NCBI GenBank assembly: GCA_963717465.1
Contig: OY970340.1
Coordinates: forward strand, 320,001 to 384,000
Origin: Candidatus Bathyarchaeota archaeon
Lineage (GTDB): Archaea; Thermoproteota; Bathyarchaeia; Bathyarchaeales; Bathycorpusculaceae
Direction: 5' to 3'
Length of the DNA: 64,000 bases
Below the pieces are notes generated by a model, which worked only from the letters and a program-made list of their open reading frames with translations, was not told where the DNA came from and did not search any database. A program made the position numbers and the translations under genes. Every line of letters starts with the position of its first letter. Position 1 is the first letter of the stretch. Below are positions 54,104 to 64,000 of this stretch, in pieces.

Positions 54104-54499
54104 ATTAAGCATCCAATCTTAAAGTTTCCTTATTTTTTAATTTTTAGTTTTAACTCGTGTCTGATTTTACGTAGAGGCAACTTTGAGTGAGAATGATGAG
54201 GGAACTCCTGAAGACTTGTTGGTAGTTAAGCCTGCTACTTCTTCGGTTTGGTCTTTTTTTGGACCTTAAAGCTCAACGAGAATGCCGAGAAAGACATTTT
54301 GCCATACCCGTAGATGATCTGGAAAATCTCGGAAAACCCACGAATAGCATGGAAAATTCGTAAATCCTTAGTTCAAATGAGCTGAAAAAAGTGCAAAATG
54401 AGCTGAATGGTATTTAGAAAGCGCAAAATTTCTTGAATTCTGGGAAAATTTTAACTATTTACCAATACTGTTTTAGTTGTTTGTATATACTGTTTTTGT

Positions 54500-54723
54500 A
54501 TGTCAGATGTTGTTACTGTCAGAGTTGAGAAGTTGCTGAAGGAGAAAATAAAAAAGCACAAGATAAACGTGAGCAAGGTTGTTCGGGATGCCCTTGAAGA
54601 AGAGGTAAAGAAGCAGGAAGATGCTAACTGCTGCAGGCCATTGGTGAGGTGAAAACTATTCTGCAGAAAATTCCGAACGATGAAATTGTGAAAGCCGTAA
54701 GAGAATCAAGAGATCAAAGATGA
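54500..54723 (+). pseudogene. VapB/CcdA-like antitoxin (frameshift near 54626)
   Basis: MSDVVTVRV..KINVSKVVRDALEEEVK..EIVKAVRESRDQR. Confidence 0.7.
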
Positions 54724-55141
54724 AAAAATACCTGTTTGACGCCAGTGCACTCATGCTGCTGATAAAAGAGGCAGATGCAAATACTACTGCGAGTTAACTG
54801 CAAGATTCCAATGTCCTCGACTTAACTTTTTATGAGGTTGGAAACGCAATCTGGAAGGAAAGCGCACTAACAAAAATGTTGACAGAAGAGGATTCAAAAA
54901 GAATGCAAAAAACATTCAAACAATCCTTATGAAAACTGACCGCATAACAAGTGAACCTGACACTTTTGAGAGAATCCTTGAAATCGCACAAACAGAAAAA
55001 CTCGCATTCTACGATTCAAGCTACATCCATCATGCAAAAGAAAAAGAACTCCAACTCATAACAGAAGACCAACAACTCAAAACAAAAACCCAAAATTACA
55101 CCAACGCTCAAACCCTAACCGAACTGCTAACCCAAAAGTAA
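54720..55141 (+). pseudogene. VapC/PIN toxin, interrupted
   Basis: YLFDASAL, YEVGNAIWK, FYDSSY, LITED; in-frame TAA near 54795 plus a frameshift. Confidence 0.75.
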
Positions 55142-55414
55142 ACAGAAGCAACGATGCAATGGCTAAACTTAACCTAAAAATCATGAAAGTGCTAGAGAAA
55201 TTACAGTTACATTAACAGTCTGAATTATCATCGCATCACAAAAGCTGACCTATGAATTTGATTTGCTTGATTGCTTTAAAAAAATCATCTTTTGAATAGG
55301 TCTCTTCTCTTATTGTAGATTAAAGGGAAGGTGGAAAAACGATTGATTTAAAGCATGAGTAGCGATGGTTATCAAAAGAAAAAAAACTATGCTGATTATG
55401 TACTATAATTCGCG

Positions 55415-56152
55415 TTATGCATGTAAGAGCGCACCAATAATTCCGAAACCAACACCAAATACACCGAAAATAATCACGAGGAGCAAATCCCTCCACTTAT
55501 CAACATATTCTCTTGTCGAATCAACATCATGCTTCGTAGCGAAATCAGCTGATGTTAAGGCAAATCCGGGATTCATATTGAAAGACAAGTTTTTCTGCGC
55601 ATCCGCTATGCTAAATTGAGGTTTTTCATGGAACTTGCTGTATTTTTCTTCAATTTTGTTTGTTTTGCCAACGACAAAATATAGACACCCTTCATGCCGC
55701 CCAATCTTTATTGGTTGATTAGTCATATTAAGTAATGTAGCTGTTAAATGCCCGTGAAAACCAGGATCAACATGCCCCAAAGTAAAAAAGTGGAGGCCTA
55801 AATTAGAAAATCGTGGATTCATAAAAAGCGAGCCGTCGATATCGAATGGCATGTTTATGCATTCTCTTGTCGTGAAGAAGACAAATTTTCCAGGTGGGAT
55901 TATTATTGCGTTTTCAGTGAGCTCCTCTCTAGCTAATTTTCCTATTACATCACCAACATGTAGAATCATAGCATTTCCTTCAAAATTCTTATCGTCAGCA
56001 ATTTCTGTTGGTTTGACGTCCCCCGTTGGGTCGTAAACAAGTCTATTCAAGTTTCCTTTATGTTCTGGGACTTTGCAAATCCCAGTATAATTATCGCAAC
56101 TCCAGCCTTTAATAATTAAATCTTGCATCTCGCCTTGAGTTAAATCCGACAA
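55415..56152 (-). CDS. dCTP deaminase/dUTPase-fold protein with C-terminal transmembrane helix
   Basis: IIPPGKFVFFTTRECINMP, GHVDPGFHGHLT..LLN; tail LLLVIIFGVFGVGFGIIGALL. Confidence 0.8.
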   Translation of the reverse strand: MSDLTQGEMQDLIIKGWSCDNYTGICKVPEHKGNLNRLVYDPTGDVKPTEIADDKNFEGNAMILHVGDVIGKLAREELTENAIIIPPGKFVFFTTRECINMPFDIDGSLFMNPRFSNLGLHFFTLGHVDPGFHGHLTATLLNMTNQPIKIGRHEGCLYFVVGKTNKIEEKYSKFHEKPQFSIADAQKNLSFNMNPGFALTSADFATKHDVDSTREYVDKWRDLLLVIIFGVFGVGFGIIGALLHA

Positions 56153-56537
56153 TAAATCACTTCCTTCGAATCATCTTAATGGTATCAGACTTATCAATTT
56201 TTTGTATTCTAATGATTTAGTGCGAAGTTATTAACATGGTGAATGTGGCCAAATATCCACGGCAATCTTTTTGGTCTACCAATATGTACAATAAATCGAT
56301 CTCGAAAGGCGCTGATAGCAATGCGTTTAATAGAAACTCATCCTGAAAAGTTAAAAAGGCGAAAACTACAGAAATAATTGCCCAACAAAAAGGAATGGAA
56401 ATTAAGTGGTCTTGAAATGGGAAGCAAGCAAATCAATGAAATATCTATAGAGCTTAGTGTAATAAGGATAAATCTCATGGATAAACATTGGATTAAAGTA
56501 ATTACGGATAAAGAATCTGCAAAAATGAGGGTAATAA

Positions 56538-56957
56538 ATGAGCAATGAGGCTTCGAGCAATAATGTTTCTACTACAGATATGAGACTTTGGCAAAAGCTC
56601 GCTGGAAAAGCGTGGGCTTGCAGGAAATATGCTCGTGTTCTAGGAAATACCAAAGTCGGCGCTGCTGTACTTTCTGATGGAAAAATTTTTACTGGGTGCA
56701 ACATTGAACATCAATTCCACAGTCATGACATTCATGCCGAAGTAACTGCGATAAGTAACATGATATCTAACAATCACAAGAGGTTACAAGCGATCGTAAT
56801 TGTTGCTGAGAGACAAAGGTTTACGCCTTGCGGGGCTTGCATGGATTGGATTATCGAATTTGGCGGAGGCAAATGCTTGGTAGGAAATCAGTCCGCCCAA
56901 AACAGCGAAATCAACATTTATCGGGCAAATGAGCTAATGCCTTATTATCCGAAGTAA
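56538..56957 (+). CDS. Cytidine deaminase-family protein
   Basis: VGAAV..GCNIE, HAE, PCGAC zinc motifs. Confidence 0.9.
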   Translation: MSNEASSNNVSTTDMRLWQKLAGKAWACRKYARVLGNTKVGAAVLSDGKIFTGCNIEHQFHSHDIHAEVTAISNMISNNHKRLQAIVIVAERQRFTPCGACMDWIIEFGGGKCLVGNQSAQNSEINIYRANELMPYYPK

Positions 56958-57224
56958 AGAAACTATCCTCAATTCTTTAGGCGGGTCTATTGGCAACGCA
57001 TCCTTATTAGTTTTAAACTTTTTTCTCACTGAATTTAGATTTTCACAAACTTCCGCTGGAATTACATCATCTGATGCTTTTGAGGCTTAATTTCTGTTAA
57101 CTTATCATAAGATTAATGGAGTATATATTAATGGTCAGAGATAAGTTACAGAAGGGATTTGGGGCTTTCACATCTTTTTGACGCGCAATCCTTTAATAAT
57201 AATTCACACAATCAATTGAAAATA

Positions 57225-58031
57225 ATGACAGAGATAGCTTTCGATAATGTTGCTCATGAGTTAGGTGTAACACGTGCCTTCTTTGATAGAATCGTCAAAG
57301 ATGGGAAAGAAATTCCATTTCACAGGTCTGGGGCGAGAAATGTTGTTTACAGAACTGACCTGGATAATTATGAAACTATGAAAGAGTCACGAAAAGTCTT
57401 TCTTGGGAAAGACGTTTTTCTTAAAGCTTTGAAATTCGCCTTGGAGATAAATCTTCACGGTCATACAAGAGCAGATTTCGGTACAAAAAGGCAACGTCCC
57501 TTCATGCAAGCTGTGGAGAATTGGACACAGGGAGCACTTGCTGAATTAGCCTTACAAAAATTTATACAAGACAAATACAATCTTGAACTACAAGTTGAGT
57601 TTCGTGTTTTCGATGATGCAATAGTTGGTCAGGACATTGTTGCTGTAAAAAGAAACAAAGTGATAAATCCACCGAGAAAAAAAGTAAGCGTCAAGAGCGG
57701 CAAAACTAATGGCATGTGTTTGTTAGTTCCTACCAATGAAGTTGAAAGTAGCCAAAGATTTTCTGAGTACTATGTTTTTGTAAGAGTAGATTTTCCTGTA
57801 GACACCTTCGTAAGGTTTTATCGTGATGCCCCAGAATTTAGCGACTTTAAAGACAAGATAAGCCCCTTTGAGAATGCGATTGCATATATAGCTGGTTACT
57901 GTGAAAGGACTAACCTTTCCAAAAGAACTGTTCCTGAAATAGGTTTAGCTGATGAAGAGAGGTATGTTCAAATAGTAGGAAACTTGAAAAATCAAGATAG
58001 TGATTGGCAAAATTTTGTCAATGACCTCTAA
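57225..58031 (+). CDS. Excisionase-like HTH fused to a putative PD-(D/E)xK endonuclease
   Basis: VAHELGVTRAFFDRIV..IPFHRSG; QGALAELALQKF..QDI..VSVKS..YYVFVRV. Confidence 0.55.
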   Translation: MTEIAFDNVAHELGVTRAFFDRIVKDGKEIPFHRSGARNVVYRTDLDNYETMKESRKVFLGKDVFLKALKFALEINLHGHTRADFGTKRQRPFMQAVENWTQGALAELALQKFIQDKYNLELQVEFRVFDDAIVGQDIVAVKRNKVINPPRKKVSVKSGKTNGMCLLVPTNEVESSQRFSEYYVFVRVDFPVDTFVRFYRDAPEFSDFKDKISPFENAIAYIAGYCERTNLSKRTVPEIGLADEERYVQIVGNLKNQDSDWQNFVNDL

Positions 58032-58450
58032 TTAAGTTTAGAGGTCTTTCCAGCTGTTGCTTTAAGAATTCTGCTGATACAGTAACTTAACCTGTGCTTC
58101 ACATCATATTCCCAAATACGTATCACAGTCCATCCTTGCTTCTTCAACTGTCGATTAACCATGCGGTCTCTTTTCTTGTTCCCTGAAATTTTCTTATCCC
58201 AATATTCAACGTTAGTTTTAGGTCTAACAAAACGTTTAGAATTACCATGCCAAAAATCAGAATCAATGAAGATAGCAAGTTTTTTCTCGGAAAAAACAAT
58301 ATCGGGCTTACCCATAATTGCTTTATCATAGACAGTGAAAACTAAGCCTTTTTTTCGCAATTCATTTATCATTATGTTTTCAGCTTTTGTGCCTGTAGAG
58401 CGTATCCTTTGCATGTTCTTTCTACGTTGTTCAGGTGTAAGATTATCCAT
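58028..58450 (-). CDS. vsr: Very short patch repair endonuclease
   Basis: MDNLTPEQRRKNMQRIRS, GKPDI, FIDSDFWHG, GWTVIRIWE. Confidence 0.95.
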   Translation of the reverse strand: MDNLTPEQRRKNMQRIRSTGTKAENIMINELRKKGLVFTVYDKAIMGKPDIVFSEKKLAIFIDSDFWHGNSKRFVRPKTNVEYWDKKISGNKKRDRMVNRQLKKQGWTVIRIWEYDVKHRLSYCISRILKATAGKTSKLN

Positions 58451-58453
58451 TTA

Positions 58454-59443
58454 CTATCTCTTAACAGAAGGCTTAGAAAAATCCATGTAATAAGTTTCAT
58501 TATCAATTTTGTAAAAGACAACATCAGTGCGGCCATATCGTTCTAAATCTTCTTTCTTAACCAGTGCCCCTAATAGTACTTCGAGCCGTTTCCTGAAATA
58601 TATGCCAATAATGCTGTTATTATGAGGTGTATGTATGGCTTTACCATTTTGTTGTGCTCTGGTACAGATCATAACTTTATCATTATCAGTGTAAACAGTA
58701 AAATGTACTTCGACGTCAGGGAAAAAGTCAGTATTATAAACGCTTGAAGGTAACCTTATGTATGCTTGATTAGGCTCTCTGCCCTCTTCAGGTCTCTGCC
58801 CCCAATTTAACCCAGAACGTTTTGGTAACTCGCCATATCTATCAAGCAAAGAGACACGTTCAAATGGCAATCCTTCTAAGACCACACCTTTAGGAACTGC
58901 GGAGGGCTTATCTTCTACGAGTAGTCTCTGCTTGATTAGCCGCCGATAAGTTTGGTCTTCATAAATTGTAACAAGGTTTTCAGCGTCTTGATGATTGCAG
59001 TAAATTGATTCACTGCTCATATTTTCAAAATAATCATTTGCTTCTTTAAGCGGGCATTCAGTCATTAATTCTCTTTGATTACTAAAAGCAGTTTGAGTAT
59101 AGTTTGCTGAACCAGCAAAGGCTATTATCGGTTTTTCATCTTTGAGCCAGATATACATTTTTGAATGCACTGGCGGGCAATTTACGATGTAACTGCAAGT
59201 AAATACATCATTAAACTCATCCATTAATTGCTGAAAACCTCGATGATTGCTTTTAGATAACCCGTCTTGAGAACTCATGCCTAAAATTAATTGTACTTGA
59301 ACGTTTGGGTTTATACTTTTCAATGTATTTAGATGATGAAAAGCCATAGCGGCTGTCGCATAACCAGAGACTATGAGAAGTTTGTTGCAGCCTTTTTGTG
59401 CTGGTTCAATAAGTATTTTGTTAAATAAGTCGTCAATAATCAT
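58454..59443 (-). CDS. NgoFVII-like PLD-family restriction endonuclease
   Basis: IVSGYAT, VHSKMYIW..GSANYT (HxK), SGLNWGQ; lies between dcm and vsr. Confidence 0.82.
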   Translation of the reverse strand: MIIDDLFNKILIEPAQKGCNKLLIVSGYATAAMAFHHLNTLKSINPNVQVQLILGMSSQDGLSKSNHRGFQQLMDEFNDVFTCSYIVNCPPVHSKMYIWLKDEKPIIAFAGSANYTQTAFSNQRELMTECPLKEANDYFENMSSESIYCNHQDAENLVTIYEDQTYRRLIKQRLLVEDKPSAVPKGVVLEGLPFERVSLLDRYGELPKRSGLNWGQRPEEGREPNQAYIRLPSSVYNTDFFPDVEVHFTVYTDNDKVMICTRAQQNGKAIHTPHNNSIIGIYFRKRLEVLLGALVKKEDLERYGRTDVVFYKIDNETYYMDFSKPSVKR

Positions 59444-59467
59444 GTTCGCTATGTCAGTTTGAATTAT

Positions 59468-60571
59468 TTATAAAGTTATCTGTTGCAGTTGTAGCGGTTT
59501 CGATTGCGTAATATTTTGTAAAATTGGTGAAATGTTGGGTTCAACAGATTTATACTCTATTTCAGCAAAAGTTTTCAGAATTGCTTCGAAGACTACTTGA
59601 GCACCTTTCGGCGGGACTGCCATGCCGATCTGACGTCTGACACTTTCTTTAGATCCGCTGAAAGAAAACCAGTCGGGAAATGTTTGTAATCTTGCTCTTT
59701 CTCTATTAGTTAATGCTCTGTTTTCTTTCCAATGATACATATGTGTTCCACCGCCACCGCTTCCCGTAACAGTGTATGCGGGTTTCTTTGGATCTAACCG
59801 TTTGTATAGTTGACTTATTTTGGCACCGTTGACCTTAAGTCTTAGATGTTCAGGTAAATTGGCTGTGAAAACGTTTTCGCCTGCTTTAATATACTGTAAT
59901 CGTTCAATGACATGCTTTGCCTGCTTGGTTAACTCTTGGTTTTTTGCATCGGAAGGTATCGGCGGGTTTTTTAACGCTGTCTTGCATGTTACTGGTGTAT
60001 TGTTTATCGGAGCCGGAACTTTAAAGATTAGAGATAGATCTCTTCTTATCCCAACAATTATTATTCGATGCCGTGATTGTGGAACGTTGTAATACTCAAA
60101 CTTATAGAGGTTAGGTACAATATTGTATCCTGCATCAGCCATTTCTTGCAGGATGACTTTTAGTGCTTTTCCGTCATTTGCATTTCTTAATCCAGCTACG
60201 TTTTCAGCAAGAAACCATTTAGGCTGAAAGTGTTTTAGCGCTTTAATACAGTACTCATAAAGCTGTCCATAAATGCCGTTGAAACCTTTTTTCTCGCCAA
60301 CATCGCTGAAATCGTTGCAGGGAAAACCGAAGGCGAGAGCATCAGCTGAAGGAAGCTGATTCATATCAAGGTCTGCTACATCACAGCAAATTACACTATT
60401 GCTACTAATGTTTTTGCGGTATGTGTTGCAGGCATCTTCGTCATAATCATTCGCCCAAACTGGATTTATGGAAAAATCGGTTGAGCCTTCGGTGACCTTG
60501 GCTGATATTGCGCCGAGGGCTAATCCACCTGCGCCGTTAAATAATTCGCCTAGTCTGAAGCTCATGGTCAC
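59468..60571 (-). CDS. dcm: DNA (cytosine-5)-methyltransferase
   Basis: FNGAGG, GFPCNDFS, AENVAG, QSRHR, RERARLQTFPD, QIGMAVP. Confidence 0.96.
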   Translation of the reverse strand: MTMSFRLGELFNGAGGLALGAISAKVTEGSTDFSINPVWANDYDEDACNTYRKNISSNSVICCDVADLDMNQLPSADALAFGFPCNDFSDVGEKKGFNGIYGQLYEYCIKALKHFQPKWFLAENVAGLRNANDGKALKVILQEMADAGYNIVPNLYKFEYYNVPQSRHRIIIVGIRRDLSLIFKVPAPINNTPVTCKTALKNPPIPSDAKNQELTKQAKHVIERLQYIKAGENVFTANLPEHLRLKVNGAKISQLYKRLDPKKPAYTVTGSGGGGTHMYHWKENRALTNRERARLQTFPDWFSFSGSKESVRRQIGMAVPPKGAQVVFEAILKTFAEIEYKSVEPNISPILQNITQSKPLQLQQITL

Positions 60572-60768
60572 CGTATCCCCTTTGTACGTAACTCTTATTT
60601 AAACCTAAGTTAGAATCTGATGTTGAGATCTGAATTTTACCGAATATCCCATTCTTGCGACTATTTCTGCAGGCTAAATTTTACTAAATTCGTAAAAAAT
60701 AATATAAAAATCGGAAAATTTAAATATTATATCTTCATTTATCTTCCCAAACGTGAGGAATCCAGAAT

Positions 60769-61806
60769 ATGATTAGATTTAGTGGTTGCTACACGGCACT
60801 TGTGACACCCATGACTAGTAGTCGTCGAGTGGATTATAGAGGCTTACGTAGCCTAGTAGACTTTCAGATCAGGGAAGGTGTAAAGGGCATTTTAGCGGTT
60901 GGTACCACAGGTGAGAGCCCAACTTTGGATTGGAATGAGCATAACAGGGTTATTGAGGAAGTGCATGAGTACGCGGATAACAGGGTTTTAACTATTGCTG
61001 GAACTGGAAGCAACTCAACTCAAGAAGCCATCGAAGGCACAAAACATGCTATGGAATTGGGCATTAAATCCGTTTTACTTGTGGACCCCTACTATAACGG
61101 GCCAAGTTCACTTGAAATACGAAGAGAATACATTGAGCCCATAGCAAAGGAATTCCCAGAAGTGCAAGTTATCTCTTACATTATTCCTGGCAGAACAGGA
61201 GCACAACTCCTCCCGCAAGACCTAGCGGTCCTCAACCACCAGTACGCAAACGTTCGCTGCGTAAAAGAGGCCACGGGAGACTTGGAGAATATGAAGTTAA
61301 CCCGCAAACTCTGCGGAGATGACTTTGACATTCTCTCAGGCGACGACGACAAAACCTACGCCATGATGACCAGCCCAGACATAAAAGCAGCTGGAGTAAT
61401 ATCCGTCACCAGCAACATCGCGCCAAGAGCAATAGCCGACATGGTCCAGCTTCTACTCGATGGCAACACTCAAGAAGCCACCAAAATCGCCCAAGCACTC
61501 CAACCACTATTCAGCATAGTCACCGTAAAAACAATGGAGAAAACACCCTACGGACCAGCAGCATGCAAAGCCCGAAACCCACTCGCATACAAAACCCTAA
61601 TGAACATACTTGGCATGCCATCAGGACCCTGCAGGCAACCCCTTGGAAAAATGACCCACAACGGCATAGACGTAGTCTTAGCTAACGCAAGAAAAGTTCA
61701 CGAGAACAACCCGGAAATCCTAAAACCCATAGCAGACTACTTCAACGTTGACATAAAAGAACGCCTCTACAACCCAAAATACTTGGAGGGACTCTACTAT
61801 CCTTAA
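60769..61806 (+). CDS. dapA: 4-hydroxy-tetrahydrodipicolinate synthase
   Basis: TALVTP, GTTGESPTL, PYYN, VKEA, SGDD. Confidence 0.95.
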   Translation: MIRFSGCYTALVTPMTSSRRVDYRGLRSLVDFQIREGVKGILAVGTTGESPTLDWNEHNRVIEEVHEYADNRVLTIAGTGSNSTQEAIEGTKHAMELGIKSVLLVDPYYNGPSSLEIRREYIEPIAKEFPEVQVISYIIPGRTGAQLLPQDLAVLNHQYANVRCVKEATGDLENMKLTRKLCGDDFDILSGDDDKTYAMMTSPDIKAAGVISVTSNIAPRAIADMVQLLLDGNTQEATKIAQALQPLFSIVTVKTMEKTPYGPAACKARNPLAYKTLMNILGMPSGPCRQPLGKMTHNGIDVVLANARKVHENNPEILKPIADYFNVDIKERLYNPKYLEGLYYP

Positions 61807-62593
61807 AATCTGCGTAGCAGGTGCCAGTGGAAGAATGGGCAACGCAATCATAAAAGAAGCTGTAGCCAAAAACCACACAATAGTAGGCGCAATAGAAGCC
61901 CCAAACAACCCCAACATAGGCAAAACACTACGAGAACTCGGCATATACACATCCGACACAAAAATATTAAGCTCCGACAAAATCCCAGAAGCAACACGAG
62001 AAGCTGACATTTACATATCATTCACGGTGCCAGCCGCCGAATTAATGAACATTCCCACAGTAGCCAAACTCGGCAAACGCATAATACTGGGCACGACAGG
62101 ATTTGCGCCTGAGCAGAAACGGCAAGTTGAAGCTGACATGTCAGGCAAAGTCCCAGCTGTTTTCTCACCAAACTACTCAGTAGGCGTCAACATACTCTTC
62201 AAACTAGCAGAAGCCCTGAAAGCTTTTCCAGCAGACTTTAATTTCAGTCTAAGCGAAATCCACCACACCGCCAAAAAAGATGCACCAAGCGGAACCGCCA
62301 AAAAACTCGAAGAAATAATCATGAAAACCCGCGGCTACACAAAAACAGTCTACGGCAGAGAAGGCATAAGCCCACGCATGCCAGAAGAACTCGAATCCGT
62401 CGCGTTAAGAGCAGGCGGAGTCCCAGGAATACATGACATAATCGTCGCAGGACCAAACGAAATGCTCAGAATCGAACACACAGCTTTTTCACGAAACGTT
62501 TTCGCCCAAGGAGCCATCATCGCCGCAGAATGGCTCAGCAAACAAACAGAACCCAAAATCTACAGCATGGCAGACGTACTCAACCTAACATAA
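61799..62593 (+). CDS. dapB: 4-hydroxy-tetrahydrodipicolinate reductase
   Basis: ILKICVAGASGRMG in frame upstream of the tracked ATG; GTTG, EIHHTAKKDAPSGTA. Confidence 0.95.
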   Translation: MLKICVAGASGRMGNAIIKEAVAKNHTIVGAIEAPNNPNIGKTLRELGIYTSDTKILSSDKIPEATREADIYISFTVPAAELMNIPTVAKLGKRIILGTTGFAPEQKRQVEADMSGKVPAVFSPNYSVGVNILFKLAEALKAFPADFNFSLSEIHHTAKKDAPSGTAKKLEEIIMKTRGYTKTVYGREGISPRMPEELESVALRAGGVPGIHDIIVAGPNEMLRIEHTAFSRNVFAQGAIIAAEWLSKQTEPKIYSMADVLNLT

Positions 62594-62616
62594 ACCAAAC
62601 AAACCTAACGTAACCG

Positions 62617-63798
62617 GTGAAAGAATTGCATGGCAGAGTCGTCGTTAAATTCGGAGGCGCAGACCTCGCAACGGGCGAAAAAATCAGTCAAGCCGCCCAA
62701 CTGGTAGCCCAATCGCCATACAAGGAAATCGTAGTCGTTGTTTCTGCAATGGGTAAAATGACGGATAGCCTAGTCGAATCAGCAACGCTTATCGGCGTCT
62801 CAGAAGAGGATTACGCGGATATAATATCAATGGGCGAGAGAACAAGCGCCCGCGTCTTCTGCTCCTCGCTGCGAGCGCAAGGATTAAACGCTGAACTCTT
62901 CGACCCAGGCTTCCAAAACTGGCCCATAATAACAGACTCAAACTACCTAAACGCAAAACCAGACCTAGAAAAAACCCTCATGCTAACGGACAAGGAAGTT
63001 AAGCCGAAACTGGGAAAATCGGTTCCCGTCATGTGTGGTTTCCTTGGAAAAGACAAGAACGGCAAAATAACCACGCTTGGCCGAGGCGGAAGCGACACAA
63101 CAGCGCTTCTAATAGCCAAATGCATAGGCGCCGACGAAATCATACTTGTCAAGGAGACAAGCGGCGTAATGTCAGCAGACCCAAAAATCGTCCCAGAAGC
63201 AAAACCATTAAACAAACTCGACATCCACGAAATGTTCGACTTAGCCCAAGGCGGCGCAAAAATCATAAAACCCGAAGCCCTAAAATACAAACAGCCAGAC
63301 CAGACCATGCGAATCGTAAATTTCGCCTCAGGCAACTTAGCAGAAGGAGGCACCCAAATAACAGGCTCGTTCAACTTGAACTCGGTTGAAACACAATGCC
63401 ACGAAGGCCTAATAGCCATAAATATCATCTGCGAGGTCAACGCCCAAAACATAAGGGAGATTTTTTCTTCGCTTAACCAGAAGCCTGTCTACGGAGTCAG
63501 TTCCGGAAGGAAATCGGTAACCGTCTTCACCACCGACGGCGATGTTGGCCAGGTGCTAAAAAGACTTCATGCGATTGACGGTTTCAAAGCGATTAGTCAT
63601 CGAGAGAAAGTTGCGATGATTCAGCTCAGTCACCCACAATTTATTGATTCGCCAGGTGGCATAGCGAAAATTTCAGCCGCATTAAGCAGAGCTGGAATTA
63701 ACATTATTGAGGTTACAACTAGTAAGGCGACCATTAACGTTTTTATTGAAGAAAATCAACTCAAAAAGGCACAGGAAGCAATAAACGATGTCGTTTAA
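62617..63798 (+). CDS. lysC: Aspartate kinase
   Basis: [30 protein letters not shown] domain. Confidence 0.93.
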   Translation: MKELHGRVVVKFGGADLATGEKISQAAQLVAQSPYKEIVVVVSAMGKMTDSLVESATLIGVSEEDYADIISMGERTSARVFCSSLRAQGLNAELFDPGFQNWPIITDSNYLNAKPDLEKTLMLTDKEVKPKLGKSVPVMCGFLGKDKNGKITTLGRGGSDTTALLIAKCIGADEIILVKETSGVMSADPKIVPEAKPLNKLDIHEMFDLAQGGAKIIKPEALKYKQPDQTMRIVNFASGNLAEGGTQITGSFNLNSVETQCHEGLIAINIICEVNAQNIREIFSSLNQKPVYGVSSGRKSVTVFTTDGDVGQVLKRLHAIDGFKAISHREKVAMIQLSHPQFIDSPGGIAKISAALSRAGINIIEVTTSKATINVFIEENQLKKAQEAINDVV

Positions 63799-64000
63799 GC
63801 GCAAAGTAGCAGTTTTAGGCGCAACAGGAGCCGTTGGGCAACGGTTCATTACACTGTTGCAAAACCATCCATGGTTCAAAATTGAAGTATTAGCCGCATC
63901 AGAGCGGTCAGCAGGCAAAAAATTCAAAGACGCATGCAACTGGGTCATGGAAACAGACATGCCAAAAGAAATCAGTGAAATGCCAGTAGCATACACCGAC
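63788..64000 (+). CDS. asd: Aspartate-semialdehyde dehydrogenase (3' end outside window)
   Basis: [28 protein letters not shown]. Confidence 0.93.
   Translation, partial: MSFKRKVAVLGATGAVGQRFITLLQNHPWFKIEVLAASERSAGKKFKDACNWVMETDMPKEISEMPVAYTD

Noticed and set aside
54190..54410. Possible box C/D RNA (ATGATGA..CTGA) and an AAATGAGCTGAA direct repeat
   Set aside because: Guide spacing is too short and no terminal D box was seen; two 12-mers alone support no call
54354..60696. AAATTCGTAAA near both ends of the defence island as att sites
   Set aside because: An 11-bp AT-rich match is compatible with chance, and the rpl24e 3' end is not duplicated

Overview
Archaeal chromosomal segment, probably TACK and most like Bathyarchaeia (inferred from gene content and protein style). 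Core blocks: smc-scpA-scpB; rps8e, srp19, gltX next to a near-complete archaeal mevalonate/isoprenoid cluster; acdA, ribK, ino1, gcvH, rpl40e; tfb-gar1 and rpl7ae-rps28e-rpl24e; dapA-dapB-lysC-asd. Essential genes (smc, scpB, gltX, GGPP synthase) carry single-base frameshifts, so the assembly very likely has indel errors and pseudogene calls need caution. Four accessory regions lie between the core blocks. (1) About 6.1-19.1 kb: a soluble chemoreceptor, PAS histidine kinases and small cargo genes, separated by same-orientation copies of a composite repeat (long hairpin, conserved linker, zinc-finger gene remnant), ending in a decayed atypical tyrosine recombinase. (2) An Lrp/SDR/SnoaL islet bordered by a fragment of that recombinase. 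(3) A 5.4 kb island flanked by an exact 23-bp duplication of the rpl40e 3' end and carrying more copies of the repeat family. (4) A defence-like island after rpl24e: a Dcm/NgoFVII-like/Vsr restriction-modification set, an HTH-nuclease fusion, and a cytidine deaminase divergent from a dCTP-deaminase/dUTPase-fold protein that lacks the deaminase catalytic residues and ends in a transmembrane helix. That last pair is the best candidate for an undescribed system. No tRNA, rRNA or CRISPR array was recognised.
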